In this document: piece by piece, positions 38,930-51,614 of the stretch
Numbering within the stretch: the stretch's first letter is position 1
Layout: each line of letters begins with the position of its first letter
Origin: Squalus acanthias
Taxonomy: Eukaryota
Reading direction: 5' to 3'
DNA: 64,000 bases
Assembly (NCBI GenBank): GCA_030390025.1
Contig: CM059425.1
Coordinates: forward strand, 87,048,001-87,112,000
Translations under genes and position numbers: made by a program
Notes under the pieces: model-generated
The model's database searches: none
Told to the model about the DNA's origin: nothing
Seen by the model: the letters and a program-made list of their open reading frames with translations, nothing else

Positions 38930-39055
38930 GAACAGCATGCGGCAGGGACACGTGACACTGCTGACCTGTGACGTGTAATGGTGACAGGTTTATGTTCCTG
39001 CCATCATTACACGTCACAGGTCAGCAGTGTCACATGTCCCTGCCGCATGATGTTC
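38930..39055. repeat. Long inverted repeat: 59-bp arms, 4 mismatches, 8-nt loop
   Basis: gaacagcatgcggcagggacacgtgacac...gacagg tttatgtt cctgcc...gtgtcacatgtccctgccgcatgatgttc. Confidence 0.95.
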
Positions 39056-39084
39056 AGGGTGACTGAGAGTAAGAGAGGGGAGAA

Positions 39085-39500
39085 CATAAGAAACAGGAGC
39101 AGGAGTCGGCCAATCGGCCCCTCGAGCCTGCTCCACCATTCAATAAGATCATGGCTGATCCAATCTTGGCCTCAACACCACTTTCCCGCTCTCTCCCCAT
39201 ACCCCTCGACTCCCTTGTAGTTCAAATGTCTGTCAATCTCCGCCTTGAATATATTCAATGACTCCGCCTCCACAGCTCTCTGGGGTAGCGAATTCCAAAG
39301 ATTCACGACCCTCAGAGAAGAAATTCCTCCTCATCTCCGTCTTAAATGGGCGACCCCTTATTCTGAAACTATGCTCCCTCGTTCTAGATACCCCCACTAG
39401 GGGAAACATCCTCTCCGCATCCACCCTGTCAATCCCCCTCAGAATCTTATATGTTTCAATAAGATCACCTCTCATTCTTCTAAACTTCAATGAGTATAGA
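39085..39500 (-). mobile_element. Young CR1 3' fragment
   Basis: FRRMRGDLIETYKILRGIDRVDAERMFPL; near-identical to 19590-19985. Confidence 0.9.
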
Positions 39501-39924
39501 AGAATGAGCTGAAGGACAGGTGTGCAGAGATGCTTTCTTCACTTAAACAGGGTGGGGGAGAGGGGCGGAAAGAGAAAGGAAAATGCAGTATTTTCTGTTC
39601 AAAGCACTCCTCATTTTTAAATGACAAAAATCATACCCCAGCCTGAAATTTCTTTTGAGGAATTTATTTTGTTGAAGGCTTTCATTTTGTTGCCAGCATT
39701 CATTTTGTTGCCATCCTGGAGATCTACATACAGGGTCTCCCTCCCTGCTAGGCCACCCTGGCGATTTCCACTTCAGGCTCCTAGTGCATCCTAGAGTGAA
39801 AGGCTCCGTTGCAAATAGTGGAGCAGTGGGGTAAGGCGGGCGGGGCGGGACGGTGCGTGTAACATCAAGCCAGCCTAAGGTTACCAGCGTTCACAAGCCT
39901 CACGGGCCAAGTGTATTCACAGAG

Positions 39925-40410
39925 GAAGGTTCACGAGGTTGATTCCTGAGATGAAGAGTTGTCTTATGAAGAAAGGTTGAGCAGGTTGGGCCTATACTCA
40001 CTGGAGTTTAGAAGAATGAGAGGGGATCTTATTGAAACATATAAGATTCTGAGGGGATTGACAGGGTAGATGCAGAGAGGATGTTTCCCCTTGCGGGGGA
40101 ATCTAGAACTCGGGGGCATAATTTCAGAATAAGGGGGCACCCATTTAAAACAGAAATGGGGAGGAATTTCTTCTCTCAGAGGGTCGTGAATCTTTGGAAT
40201 TCTCTTCCCCAGAGAGCTGTGAAGGCTGGGTCATTGAATATATTTAAGGTGGAGGTAGACAGATTTTTGAATGGTAAGGGAGTCAAGGGTTATAGGGAGC
40301 GGGCAGGGAAGTGGAGTTGAGTCCAAGATCAGATCAGCCATGATCTTATTGAATGGCGGAGCAGACTCGAGGGGCCAAATGGCCTATGCCTTCCTGCTCC
40401 TATGTCTTAT
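39925..40410 (+). mobile_element. CR1 3' fragment
   Basis: MFPLAGESRTRGHNFRIRG...GKWS and tail. Confidence 0.9.
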
Positions 40411-40780
40411 GTAAATGAGGTAACTGAGGGCGGCCGGCAAATCATACCCCAGCAAGAGTCAGAATCTGGGGGGCGCGGGGCGGTGAAGAAAGAGAAAATT
40501 ATGGGTGGAGCAGGAAAAGGGCAACCGTAAATTTTCCAGCCCCTTTCCCTGTGGCAACTTCCACCTACCTCATTCCCCCTCTCAAAGCACAGCCCACAGA
40601 TACATACGGAATCACAGGTACAGGCCTTAGATAGCAGTTAGCCATCAGCTATCACACTGTAGCACCAGGGTGACTTCTGATCATTTTATATCAGGCAGGG
40701 AAAGCCCCACAACATAGATGCAATAGACAGTTCAGACAGAAACGAGTTAGAAATTAGCAAACAAACTGCACCCCTTTTAC

Positions 40781-41109
40781 CTGGCGGAATATCCCACACC
40801 CAGGGGTTTGTGCTGGATTTTCCTCGGATCTGTGGTGCTCAGATCTGACGGAGATTTCTGGTTGGCCCCAAGCTTCTTGTTTCTCCGCCTCTGCTGAGAG
40901 TTCGTCTCTCCTGTTCCATCCTCCCCTCTGCTGCCTCCCATTTTTCCCTTAAACGGGATATCCACCAGGCCCTGGCACCTGGCCAGCATCTGCTTCCAGC
41001 TGGGCTCGCATTCAGACGGGGCACCATCTTTAAGTGGCACAGAGCTGAATTCCAGCAGGTGAAAGAACAGAGCCACAGACACCTGGGCATCTTGTGCAGC
41101 ATACGTTAC
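40781..41109 (-). CDS. EXD2: EXD2 coding exon: VTYAAQDAQVSVALFFHLL...KPLGVGYSAR (ExoIII motif YxxxD plus linker)
   Basis: Acceptor tgtcag|GTA and donor GCCAG|gtaaaa; 329 nt; YAAQD and KPLGVGYSAR match EXD2. Confidence 0.96.
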
Positions 41110-41329
41110 CTGACAGCACAAAACAGAACGCAAAATTAAGACAGAGACTTCAAACATCGCCTAAATCTGCAAAAACGTACAAGTACATAGGTATACATTT
41201 ACCGCACGCAGCAAGGCACTGGTTGGTGAAATACGCTCACTCTAGTGGTAATAGGAGATGGCTAATTGTGTCTAACTCCATTTTGACATAGCTCATTGAA
41301 CTGGCAGAGTGTGGAGTTGGCCTCTCTTA

Positions 41330-41785
41330 GTTCAGCCGTGGCTCAGTTGTAGCGCTCTCGCCTTTGAGTCAGAAGGTTGTGGGTTCAAGCCCCACTTCAG
41401 ATACTTGAGCACAAAATCTAGGCTGACACTCCAGTGCAGCGCTGAGGGAGTGCTGCACTGTCGGAGGTGCCGTCTTTCGGATGAGACGTTAAACCGAGGC
41501 CCCCACCTGCCATCTCAGGTGGACGTAAAAGATCCCACGGCACTATTTCGAAGAAGAGCAGGGGAGTTCTCCCGTTGTCCTGGCCAATTCTTATCCCTCA
41601 ACCAGCATCACTGAAACAGATTATCTGGTCATTATCACATTGCTGTTTGTGGGAGCTTGCTGTGCTCAATTTGGCAGTCACATTTCCTACATTACAACAG
41701 TGACTACAATTCAGAGTACTTCATTGGCTGTAAAGTGCTTTGGAATATCCTGAGGACGTGATTTGCGCTATAGAAATGCAAGTCT
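41330..41785 (+). mobile_element. Full-length Deu-domain SINE (best-preserved copy)
   Basis: A box, B box, Deu body (ttcggatgagacgttaaaccgaggcccc...ggacgtaaaagatccc) and L2-type tail. Confidence 0.9.
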
Positions 41786-41984
41786 CTTTTTTTTTTAAAG
41801 TGGCCATCACACAAATATTTCCCATCTGCCACTGTACTTTACTGAATCGTAGTGACATTAAAATGGATTGGTCAATAAGAGCGTGCTCGACAAGAAAACT
41901 TGACTTGACACTCAATTAAAAAAAGGTTCAAAACAAATCACTTGTCGTGACTGCAGTGCCAATCTAACACTATATCCCTGAACA

Positions 41985-42585
41985 CAACAGCTACTTGCAT
42001 TTAACATAGTAAAACGTCCCAAGGTGGTTCACAGGAGCATAATTAGACTAAATAATTGACAGCCAAAGAAGGAAACATTAGGACAGGTGATGAGGAGTTT
42101 TAAAGAGTGTCTTAAAGGAAGAGAAGGGGTAGAGAGGAAGGGAGGTTTAGGGAGGGAATTGCAGAGCTTAGGGCCTAGGCAGCTGAAGGCAAAACAGCAA
42201 TGGTGGAGCGAAGTCAGAGATGCACAGGGGGCAGAGTTGGAGGAACGCATAATTCTCAGAGGGTTGTAGAGCTGGAGGAGGTCACAGATATAGGTAGAGA
42301 TAAGGCTTAGGAGGGGTTTGAACATAAAGATGACAATTTTAAAATCCAGGTGTTGCCAGACTGGGAGCCAATGTAAGTCAGCAAGCACAAGAGTGATGGG
42401 TGAATGAGACGGTGCGAGTTAGGATACAAGCAGCAGAGTTTTAGATGAGCTAAAGTTTACGGAGGGTGGAAGATAGGAGGCTGGCCAGGAGAGCGTTAGA
42501 ATAGTCGAGTCTGGAGGTAACAAATGCATGGATGGAAGTTTCAGCAGCAGGAGCGGTGACAGGGTGATTTTATGGAGGTGGAAGC
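41985..42585 (-). mobile_element. L2-clade LINE 3' fragment
   Basis: LADLHWLPVWQHLDFKIVIF. Confidence 0.85.
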
Positions 42586-42752
42586 CTTATTGGCATCACC
42601 ACTAATGGCTGAAGGAGTTGTTGGGGCCCTTTCCAGAATCCCAGATGAAATGGGGAGTGAAGAAAGTGACTTATCCTCCCCAAAAAATTACGTGGAGTAA
42701 TATGCTTGCAATATTTCAAATAAATTGAGAGATGCTCCCTTAACAAGAGTAC

Positions 42753-42879
42753 CTGCTCATTAGTGAGTTCTTCTGCCTCCCAATTACTACATCGCAGGCG
42801 GAGAGACTTGTCGAGGGTAAAATTTAAGATGTCTTGAGCCAAGGACTTCAGGCTGAGGGAACAGGTAAAATTATTCTTC
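42753..42879 (-). CDS. EXD2: EXD2 coding exon: (R)KNNFTCSLSLKSLAQDILNFTLDKSLRLRCSNWEAEELTNEQ
   Basis: Acceptor tatagcag|G and donor CAG|gtactc; 127 nt; phase joins both neighbours; contains the SLKSLA and RCSNW motifs of WRN/EXD2-type exonucleases. Confidence 0.96.
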
Positions 42880-45800
42880 CTGCTATAAAAACAAAAGGAG
42901 ACCAGATTAAAGGCAGAAAGTCACAAAAACATGCTTTAATAGTAACGCTCACTAAACGGGCTGCAAGAAAACTCTGTACAGCAGATCAGAGTGCAGCACT
43001 GCAGATCCTTTCAAAAAGTACGGTAATAAATTCAGATTGAAATCTGAAGAAGAAATACATGTGAACTCTCATAGTTGAATTCCAGATAAAGGTAAGCCAA
43101 ATAATTCTACTCCCATTGCTTAAAATTCCAAAATACCATACCCTTTCAATTATACTGAACTGGGATACTTTAAATACCAGTCATTCCATCGCATAGAATG
43201 CCAATGGAACCAACACTTTTCCCATTCACTACTATTGAACAGAATTCCAATGGACTTAAAACTCCCACTTTTGTAAGATTCAAACAAAGCAAACCCTATT
43301 CACTCCAATCTCTTATATAAATTCAGCACATGGAGACAAACGTTTCATTGAAAACTCATTGCAAGTACCTCTAGGAGGTGGCTCTGTGATAGGCATTTTC
43401 AATGTTAAAGTGTGACGGACAATAGCTGCTATCTTATGGTGACAGTGTATCACCCTGTGATTGGCCAGTGGGTTCCCACAAAGCACAAAATGTTTTGATT
43501 CTTTTCCCTACTATTTTCCCCCCTCAGTAACTGACATTGCTCATGTCCAAAATTACACAATTTTTTATTTTTAAAAAGTACATTGATTAAATTTAGCCAC
43601 TGAGTTATCTTTTAATGCCTTCATTCAAGTTTTTACTTGCAAGCTTCAGCCTCTGGGCTTGGACTTGATGCTTTTGTCCAGAGCTCGACTCGACTGAAAA
43701 CCAAAAAAGACAAATTTCAAAAGTTGTACCAAGGCAAAATTTATAGATTTATTTTTTAAAAAGGCTGTGAGCGCGTGTGGCAGAGAGCGAAAAATAAATG
43801 ACAGTGTTCTGATGACACATCTGTTGTTTTCTGTTCTAGGAAGAAAGGAAAGGAAGGAAAGCAAACAGGAAGTTTCTTTCCTCATTCTAATTTAATATTT
43901 TTTTTAAAAACAAGTTAAATTTTGAAAGCAAACATAGCTTCTTTGAGGGAAACAGATAGGAAGGGAGTATAGGAAGGAGAAGAGGGCAACTCCCCCAGCC
44001 TTGGGTGAGGTGAGTCAAAGTGGGGATTTTGGATGGAGGATTGTGGGTGAGGTGAGCAACAGTGCAACGAGGAAGGGGGGGGGGGGGGGGAAAAGAGATA
44101 CAGGGTGAGTGGGTAGTTAAAGGTAAAGGGCTAAGGATAGAGATGGGTGTGAGTGTGGTGGGAAGGGGATGTAATGGGTGTGAGGGGGACGAAATGCAAA
44201 GGTTGAGGCCACATTTCCCCCGCAACCCTCACCCTGAATGCAGCAAGCAGCTGCTGGTGGCTTCTTTCCCCATCACAACACACCATACCACCCACCACCT
44301 CCCACCCGGAAGAAACAAAGAAATGAAGTGGGAAGAGAAAGAAGTAAAAAAATAATTAAGGGGAGAAAATGTGCAGAGGACAGAGAGACAGACAGAAAGC
44401 AGAAGAGAGATGGAGAGAAGCAGCAACAGGAAGACATCAGAGACAGGTGTATCCTACCCTCCCCCTTGCTCCACTCGCCCTCATCTCACCCATATCCCTG
44501 CAGCAAGTCTCCCCAATTCTCCACCACAGCAGATTGACGAGTCTATAATTTCAATAAACCAAAATTTCAATTTGAATCCTCTGCATCCCAAAGCTAGGAA
44601 TGAGGGAGAGATCAGTCAGGAACCCCACTCCATTGGTTAGATATGTCCACCCGAGTAGACATCAGGTGTCGATGGAACTGGACTCAGCTACACTGCTCCC
44701 TTAAAGTCAAAGTGCCTACAGCCACCAACAATCCAGGTTCACACACAAACTACAGCTATTTGGGTGAGGTATTAGAGGGTAGCCAACATCTGTGGAACCA
44801 TATCCCAGAGGAGTCACCACCTTTGTGAGATAAAGGGAGAAAACTGAGATGAAATAAACTGCTGGTCTATTTGCCCGTTAACCCCTGGTTAATACTGAGC
44901 GTACTGAATACATGCCATTCACAATCAAACTGAGAGCGTAGCATGCCTCAATAGCCCAATAACTTCTGTGTAAAATGTTTCTTTTGTTTAGACAAGTTGG
45001 TAAATGGAAGATTAAAATGAACTATGCCCCTTAAGATTTGCAAATTGATTGTTTTCAGCTAGGCTTATAGAAATTCTGATTCAAACATAAAAAATTATTG
45101 GTGAAACTTGTCTTGCGCGTATCAGAATCCAATTGCACCAATAATCCAGCTAGTTATTGGGTACTAAACTGCATTTCAACAATCTGAGGTCTGTGCCAAG
45201 AGCAATTATTTATTAACAGTACATCTCCTCTATGGTTCTGTACGGTTCTGTACTTTACAATCTGTTTCACAGAGCCATATGAAAAATAAAGATTTGCGCA
45301 TTTAGAAAACCTTAAAAGATAAGTCAGGGGTCTGAGTGGTGAAGCTGAGTGGTACAGAAGTTCAAATCCAACCCAGCTAATGGGATCAAATGCTCCCACA
45401 AGTTGTGTAATCCTAAACGGTCTTACTGCAGTTTGTTTTAAGTTGTGTCTGTTGGAAAACTGCTGAAAAGAGTCAGGGATATATATGGGTTAAAGGGGCT
45501 ACAGTGTCACCGATTGACTGAGGGTGGATGATGCCATGGTCATGTGGATACTGCAAGGAGTTGGAGGTGTGGAAGGGCAGAACAGGAGCAAAGAGCAAAG
45601 GGACAGACAGTTTCAAGACGTGATCACCTGTTCTCCAAAGGATTGGGATAATATCCATCTTTTATACTTACTGCCTTGTTACCCATGTGTAACTAATTAT
45701 ACTTGATCGTTAAAATTATTGATGCCACGGTATTGGTTGTCTTCTTGAACTGATCTACAGCTGTAATAGCCCTCGCGGAAATAAGCCTATAGCCATGTCA

Positions 45801-45902
45801 ACCCAATATTGGGAAAACCGAAGCCATTGTCTTCGGTCCACGCCACAAACTCCATTCCCTAGCAACCATGTTCATCCTCTTCCCCGGCAACTGTATGAGG
45901 AC

Positions 45903-47950
45903 TTTTTTTTAATATTCGTTCATGGGATGTGGGCGTCGCTGGCAAGGCCATCATTTATTGCCCATCCCTAGCTGCCATTGAGAAGGTGGTGGTGAGCCGC
46001 CTTCTTGAACCGCTGCAGTCCGTGTGGTGATGGTACTCCCACAGTGCTGTTAGGGAGGGAGTTCCAGGATTTTGACCCAGCGACGACAAAGGAACAGCGA
46101 TTTACTTCTAAGTCAGGATGGTGTGTGACTTGGAGGGGAACTTGGAGGTGGTGGTGTTCCCATGCGCCTGCTGCCCTTGTCCTTCTAGGTGGAAGAGGTC
46201 GCGGATTTGGGAGGTGCTGCCGAAGATGACTTGGCGAGTTGCTGCAGTGCATCTTGTAGATGGTACACACTGTAGCCACGGTACGCCGGTGGTGGAGGGA
46301 GGGAATGTTTAAGGTGGTGGATGGGGTGCCAATCAAGCGGGCTGCTTTGTCTTGGATGGTGTCGAGCTTCTTGAGTGTTGTTGGAGCTGCACTCATCCAG
46401 GCAATTGGAGAGTATTCCATCACGCTCCCAACTTGTGCCTTGTAGATGGTGGAAAGGCTTTGGGGAGTCAGGAGGTGAGACACTCAGCCTCTGACCTGCT
46501 CTTGTTGCTACAGTATTTATGCGGCTGGTCCAGTTAAGTTTCTGGTCAATGGTGATTCCCCCAGGATATTGATGGTGGGGGATTCGGCGATGGTAATGTC
46601 GTTGAATGTCATGGGGCGGTGGTTAGACGCTCGCTTGTTGGAGATAGTAATTGCCTGGCACTTATGTGGCGTGAATGTTACCTGCCACTTATCAGCCCAA
46701 GCCTGAATGTCGCCCAGGTCTTGCTGCATGCGGGTATGGACTGCTTCATTATCTGAGCAGTTGCGAATGGCACTGAACACTGTGCAATCAGCGAACATCC
46801 GCACTTCTGACCTTATGATGGAGGGAAGGAGCAGCTGAAGATGGTTGGGCCTAGGACACTGCCCTGAGGAACTCCTGCAGCGATGTCCTGGGGCTGTGAT
46901 GATTGACCTCCAACAACCACAACCATCTTCCTTTATGCCAGTGGAGAGTTTTCCCCCCCCCGATTCCCATTGACTTCAGTTTTACTCGGGCTCCTTGATG
47001 CCACACTCGGTCAAATGCTGCCTTGATGTCAAGGGCAGTCACTCTCACCTCATCTCTGGAATTCAGCTCTTTTGTCCATGTTTGGACCAAGGCTGTAATG
47101 AGGTCGGGAGCTGAGTGGTCCTGGCAGAACCCAAACTTAGCATCAGTGAGCAGGTTATTGGTGAGTAAATGCTGCTTGATAGCGCTGTCGACAACACCTT
47201 CCATCACTTTGCTGATGATTGAGAGTAGACTGATGGGATGGTAATTGGCCGGACTGGATTTGTTACTTTTTGTGGACAGGACATACCTGGGCTATTTTCC
47301 ACATTGTTGGATAGATGCCAGTGTTATAGCTGTACTGGAACAGCTTGGCTGGAGGTGCGGCTAGATCTGGAGCACAAGTCTTCAGCACGACAGCCGGAAT
47401 GTTGTTGGGGCCCGCAATCTCTGCTGTATCGAGTGCGCTCAGCCGTTTCTTGATATCACATGGAGTGAATCGAATTGGCTGAAGACTGACTTCTGTGGTG
47501 GCGGGGACCTCAGGAGGAGGCCCAGATGGATCATCCACTCGACACTTCTGGCTGAAGATGGTTGCAAACTCTTCAGCTTTGTCTTTTGCACTCGCATGCT
47601 GGGCTCCACCATCAGTGAGGATGGGAATAGTCATGTAGCCTCCTCCTCCTATTAGTTGTTTAATGGTCCACCACCATTCATGACTGGATGTGGCAGGACT
47701 GCAGAGCTTTGATCTGATCCGTTGATTGTGGGATCGCTTAGCTCTGTCTATAGCTTGCTGCTTCTGTTTTTTTTAGCATGCATGTAGTCCTGTGCTGCAG
47801 CTTCCCTAGATTGGCACCTCATTTTTAGGTACGCCTGGTGCTGCTCCTGGCATGCTCTTCTGCACTCCTCATTGAACCAGGGTTGGTCCCCTGGCTTGAT
47901 GGTAATGGTAGAGTGAGGGATATGCCGGGCCATGAGGTTACAGATTGTGG
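45903..47950 (-). mobile_element. LINE of the same family as 29870-31995, longest copy, inserted in an L2 (45800-45900 plus 47951-48635, +)
   Basis: PWFNEECRRA, GPNNIPAVVLK, WKIAQVCPVHKK, LDIKAAFDRVWH; the L2 resumes after the insertion. Confidence 0.92.
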
Positions 47951-49072
47951 ATGAACAAGACCGTTCACAACCTTGGTGCCGTATATGACCCCAAGATGAG
48001 CTTCCGACCACATATTGGCTGCATCACTAAGACCGCCTACTTCCACCTCCATAACATTGCCTGACTCCACCCCTGCCTCAGCTCATCTGCTGCTGAAACC
48101 CTCATCCATGCCTTTGTTACCTCTAGACTTGACTATTCCAATGCGCTCCTGGATGGCCTCCCATCTTCCACCCTCCATAAACTTTAGTTCATCCAAAGCT
48201 CTGCTGCCTAACTCGCACCAAGTCCCGGTCACCCATCACCAGTGCTCTCTGACCTACACTGGCTCCCGACCCGGCAACACCACAATTTTAAAATTCTCAT
48301 CCTTGTCTTCAAATCCCTCCAAGGCCTCGCCCCTCCCTATCCCTACAACCCTCTATGATCTCTGCGCTCCTCTAATTCTGGCCTCTTGCGAATCCCCGAT
48401 TTTAATCACTCCATTAGCAGCCGTGCCTTCAGCTGCCTAGGCCCAAAGCACTGGAATTCCCTCCATAAACCTCTCTAAATCTCTCTCCTCCTTTAAGGCG
48501 CTCCTTAAAACCTACCTCTTTGACCAAGCTTTTGGCCATCTGCCCTAATATCTCCTTATGTGGCTCGGTGTCAAATCTTGTTTGATAACGCTCCTGAAGG
48601 GCCCTGGGACATTTTAGCACATTGTTGTTGTTGTTGTGTGAGGCTACAGTCTAATATTCCCCATGATTTGGCACGAAGTTCTCAGAAACACAGATGCTAC
48701 ACTCTAGTCTGGCCCCTCTCAACATTGAAACAGTACATGCCAAAGTACTGAATGACATCCTGTGTGACTGTGATACTTTATCTCTCCTTTTGCTCTTGGG
48801 ACCCTATCTACAACATTCAGCTCATCATACCTCCTCCAGCACCTCATTTGTCATCCAGCTCCATGCGAGTGTCCTTGCCTGGTTCATTTTCCACCCATCT
48901 GAATGGAACCAATGCATCTCGAGCAATGGATTTTCTTCCCTTCCCTTCCCCACAAGATCACTGCTGGAGTCCACCAAGGATCTATTCTCACCCCCACCCA
49001 TCTTGATCTAGATGTTGCCCATCGCCCCTCAGTGCTTTTCACAGGTGCGCTGATGACGCTCAACCCATAGAG

Positions 49073-49515
49073 ATCAGCTTTGGTTCAGTGGTATCACGCT
49101 TGCTTCCAAGTCAGAAGGTTGTGGGCTCAAGTCCTACTCCAGAGATTTAAGCACATAATGTAGGCTGGCACTCCAGTGCAGTACTTAGGGAGTGCTGCAC
49201 TGTTAGAAGTGCCATTTTTCAGATGAGACGTAAGCATCCGAACGTCTGTCCTCTCAGATGGATGTAAAAGATCCCATGGCACTTTTTGAAAAAGAGCGAG
49301 GGAGTTCGGCCAGTGTCCTCGCCAATATTTATCCCTCAATAATCACTAAACACAGATTATCCGGTCATTATGTCATTGTTGTTTGTGGGACTTTGCTGCG
49401 TGCAAATTGGCTGCCGCATTTCCTACATTACAACAGTGACTACACCTGTTGGCTGTAAAGCGGTTTGGGATGTCCTGAGGTCGTGACAGGCGCAATATTA
49501 ATGCAAGTTCTTTCT
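49073..49515 (+). mobile_element. Deu-domain SINE
   Basis: Head, body and tail as in other copies. Confidence 0.87.
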
Positions 49516-49726
49516 TTAACTCTACCTCTCTACCAGTCCTCTCGACCCCTCGCCTGCCCACCTGCTTGTCTGACATTAAATCCTGGGTGAGTCACAACTT
49601 CCTTGCTGAATATTGGGAAAACATGCCAGCAACCTTGGCTCCAGCATCAAATTCTGCTCCTGTGCCACTGACCTCATCACCTTCCCCAGCCACACACCGC
49701 AAAAGCTGATCCAGACTGCTCATTAC

Positions 49727-51453
49727 TGTAAGGTTTCCAAAATTTGCAGATCCCCAAAACCTAAGGAAAAAGGACTTTGGAACTACCTCAGAGTGATAAA
49801 AATGCATTTGGGCCTAACCTAAGGAATATAAGACCAAAACCCAAGTTTTGGCATTTTAAAAACATGTCTGGGCCTGTAAAGGGAGAAAAGGTTGTGAAGG
49901 AAGTTGGGATCGACCTCTGTAAAAGCAGTTTTGGGTATTGCAGTTAATTGCATTGTCTGGGGAACCGGGATGACCTCACTCAAAGCCCCAGCATGCATTA
50001 ACATTTTGACAATAGACCCTAGGAGAAGACAGTCCCACCCAAAACAATAGGTCCCATCAAACCGATTACAGGGCCCATCAAGAAACATGCATAATACAGA
50101 GCACCCAGGACTAGGCTATAGATCAGCCTAGGAACCCAAAACACAAAACCCATCACCAGCAATCAGCCAAGAAGATCGACAGGATGCAAACCATCCCAAA
50201 AACCCATTTGACACTTACAGAGCAGTTACTGGTAGCAGGCCCGCCAAAACTAGACAATGAACTGAACAGATTCTGAACAGATTTGGCGGGTAGATAAGGC
50301 CATATTCAATGGGTCAGATTGAAGGCCTGTTAAAACCCAGTTAACGTGCTAGTAAATCGTTACCGATTTACGAGCCCGCCAAAACTAGACAAAGAACTGA
50401 ACAGATTTGGCGGGTAGATAAGGCCACTTCAATTCTGTATAATTGAAGGCCCACCAAGCACACAGCAGGAAGGAGAGCTAGCTAGAAGAGGAGAGAAGCA
50501 ACACAGTTCAGCGTTCGTTGGGTCGAGCAGTCAGTCGCAACCGGTGGTCATCAGAAGGAGGAGAGACCAAGAAGAAGAAGGCCCGAGCTGGAAGCGAGTC
50601 AGCATCGCTCACCACTCAGACACACCTGAGTCCAGCTCGGGAAGACACCACCTCGACGGACCCCCAACAACGGCCCCAACACAGTCACCTGGAGCAACAA
50701 GCAGCAACAAGTCACCGACGGCTCCACGAGGTCGACCGGCACACCAACCAAGGCCTAAAGCCATCGCGGAAACCAAAGGCCTTACGAAACCAACAACCGC
50801 GCATTACCCCCAACTGACCGGGTAATCGCAGGCCACCGCGACCAACAAAGACCAACTCCAGGGAAAAAAACCCGAAGAATCGCAAAGTTTCCACACTACA
50901 AACTACTCCTGACTTACCCCTGGGTAAGATTTTCCCCAAAAACTCTAAGCCCTACTGCTCAACTAAAGAAATTGGGTACTCACCAGATAAATCCATAACG
51001 ACATCCTACCACATCAGCGGACTCGCGAAGACTGACCAGAGACCCAGGTGAAGTCCTCTACCACGTACGGGGTACGGCAGACACTAACCGCCATAAACAG
51101 CGAACCCCAAAACCGCGATTTAGCCCAACTGTCAGAGGATTGGTGAGCATTATCCCTGGTCCTTCAAAACCTAACTTAGCTAGTAAAGTGGGGTTGGGAA
51201 GGTTGAAGTATTGTTCTACTGTCATTTCCCTCGCTTGTACCGAATTGTTCCCCACTTTTAGAGTGATAAGAGTGTTATTATTTGTCTTACCTTTTAATAA
51301 AGATTGAAGTTCTTTCATCAAACTCAGTTGTCTGCTGCACCTTTTGTATCACAACCCCCAAATAAGTCCAAGGTCTAGAACCAAGGGAGTGGGAGCGATT
51401 CGAACCGCTCAGAAGTCAGAGGTAAAGCTGACACAAAAACACCACCCCCTACA
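49727..51453 (+). mobile_element. Solo LTR, 1727 bp (ERV- or Gypsy-type)
   Basis: Termini TGTAAGG...CCCTACA; 4-bp TSD TTAC on both sides; AATAAA at 51296-51301; internal direct repeat; interrupts an L2. Confidence 0.85.
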
Positions 51454-51614
51454 TTACCTTGGTGTAGTATTCAATCCTGCATTGTGTTTTAAACCCACAT
51501 CCTATCCACCACTAAGACTACTTACTTCCACCTCTACAACATTTCCCATCTCTGGCCCTACCTCAGTCCCATCTTTACCGAAACCCTTATAAATAGTTGC
51601 GTCACTTCGAGGTT

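Noticed and set aside
41330-41400. tRNA genes at the A/B-box motifs
   Set aside because: Each motif continues into a SINE body and none forms a complete cloverleaf.
50518-50939. ORFs inside the 1.7-kb element as a viral accessory gene
   Set aside because: They are short, low-complexity frames in GC-rich LTR sequence with no domain motifs.
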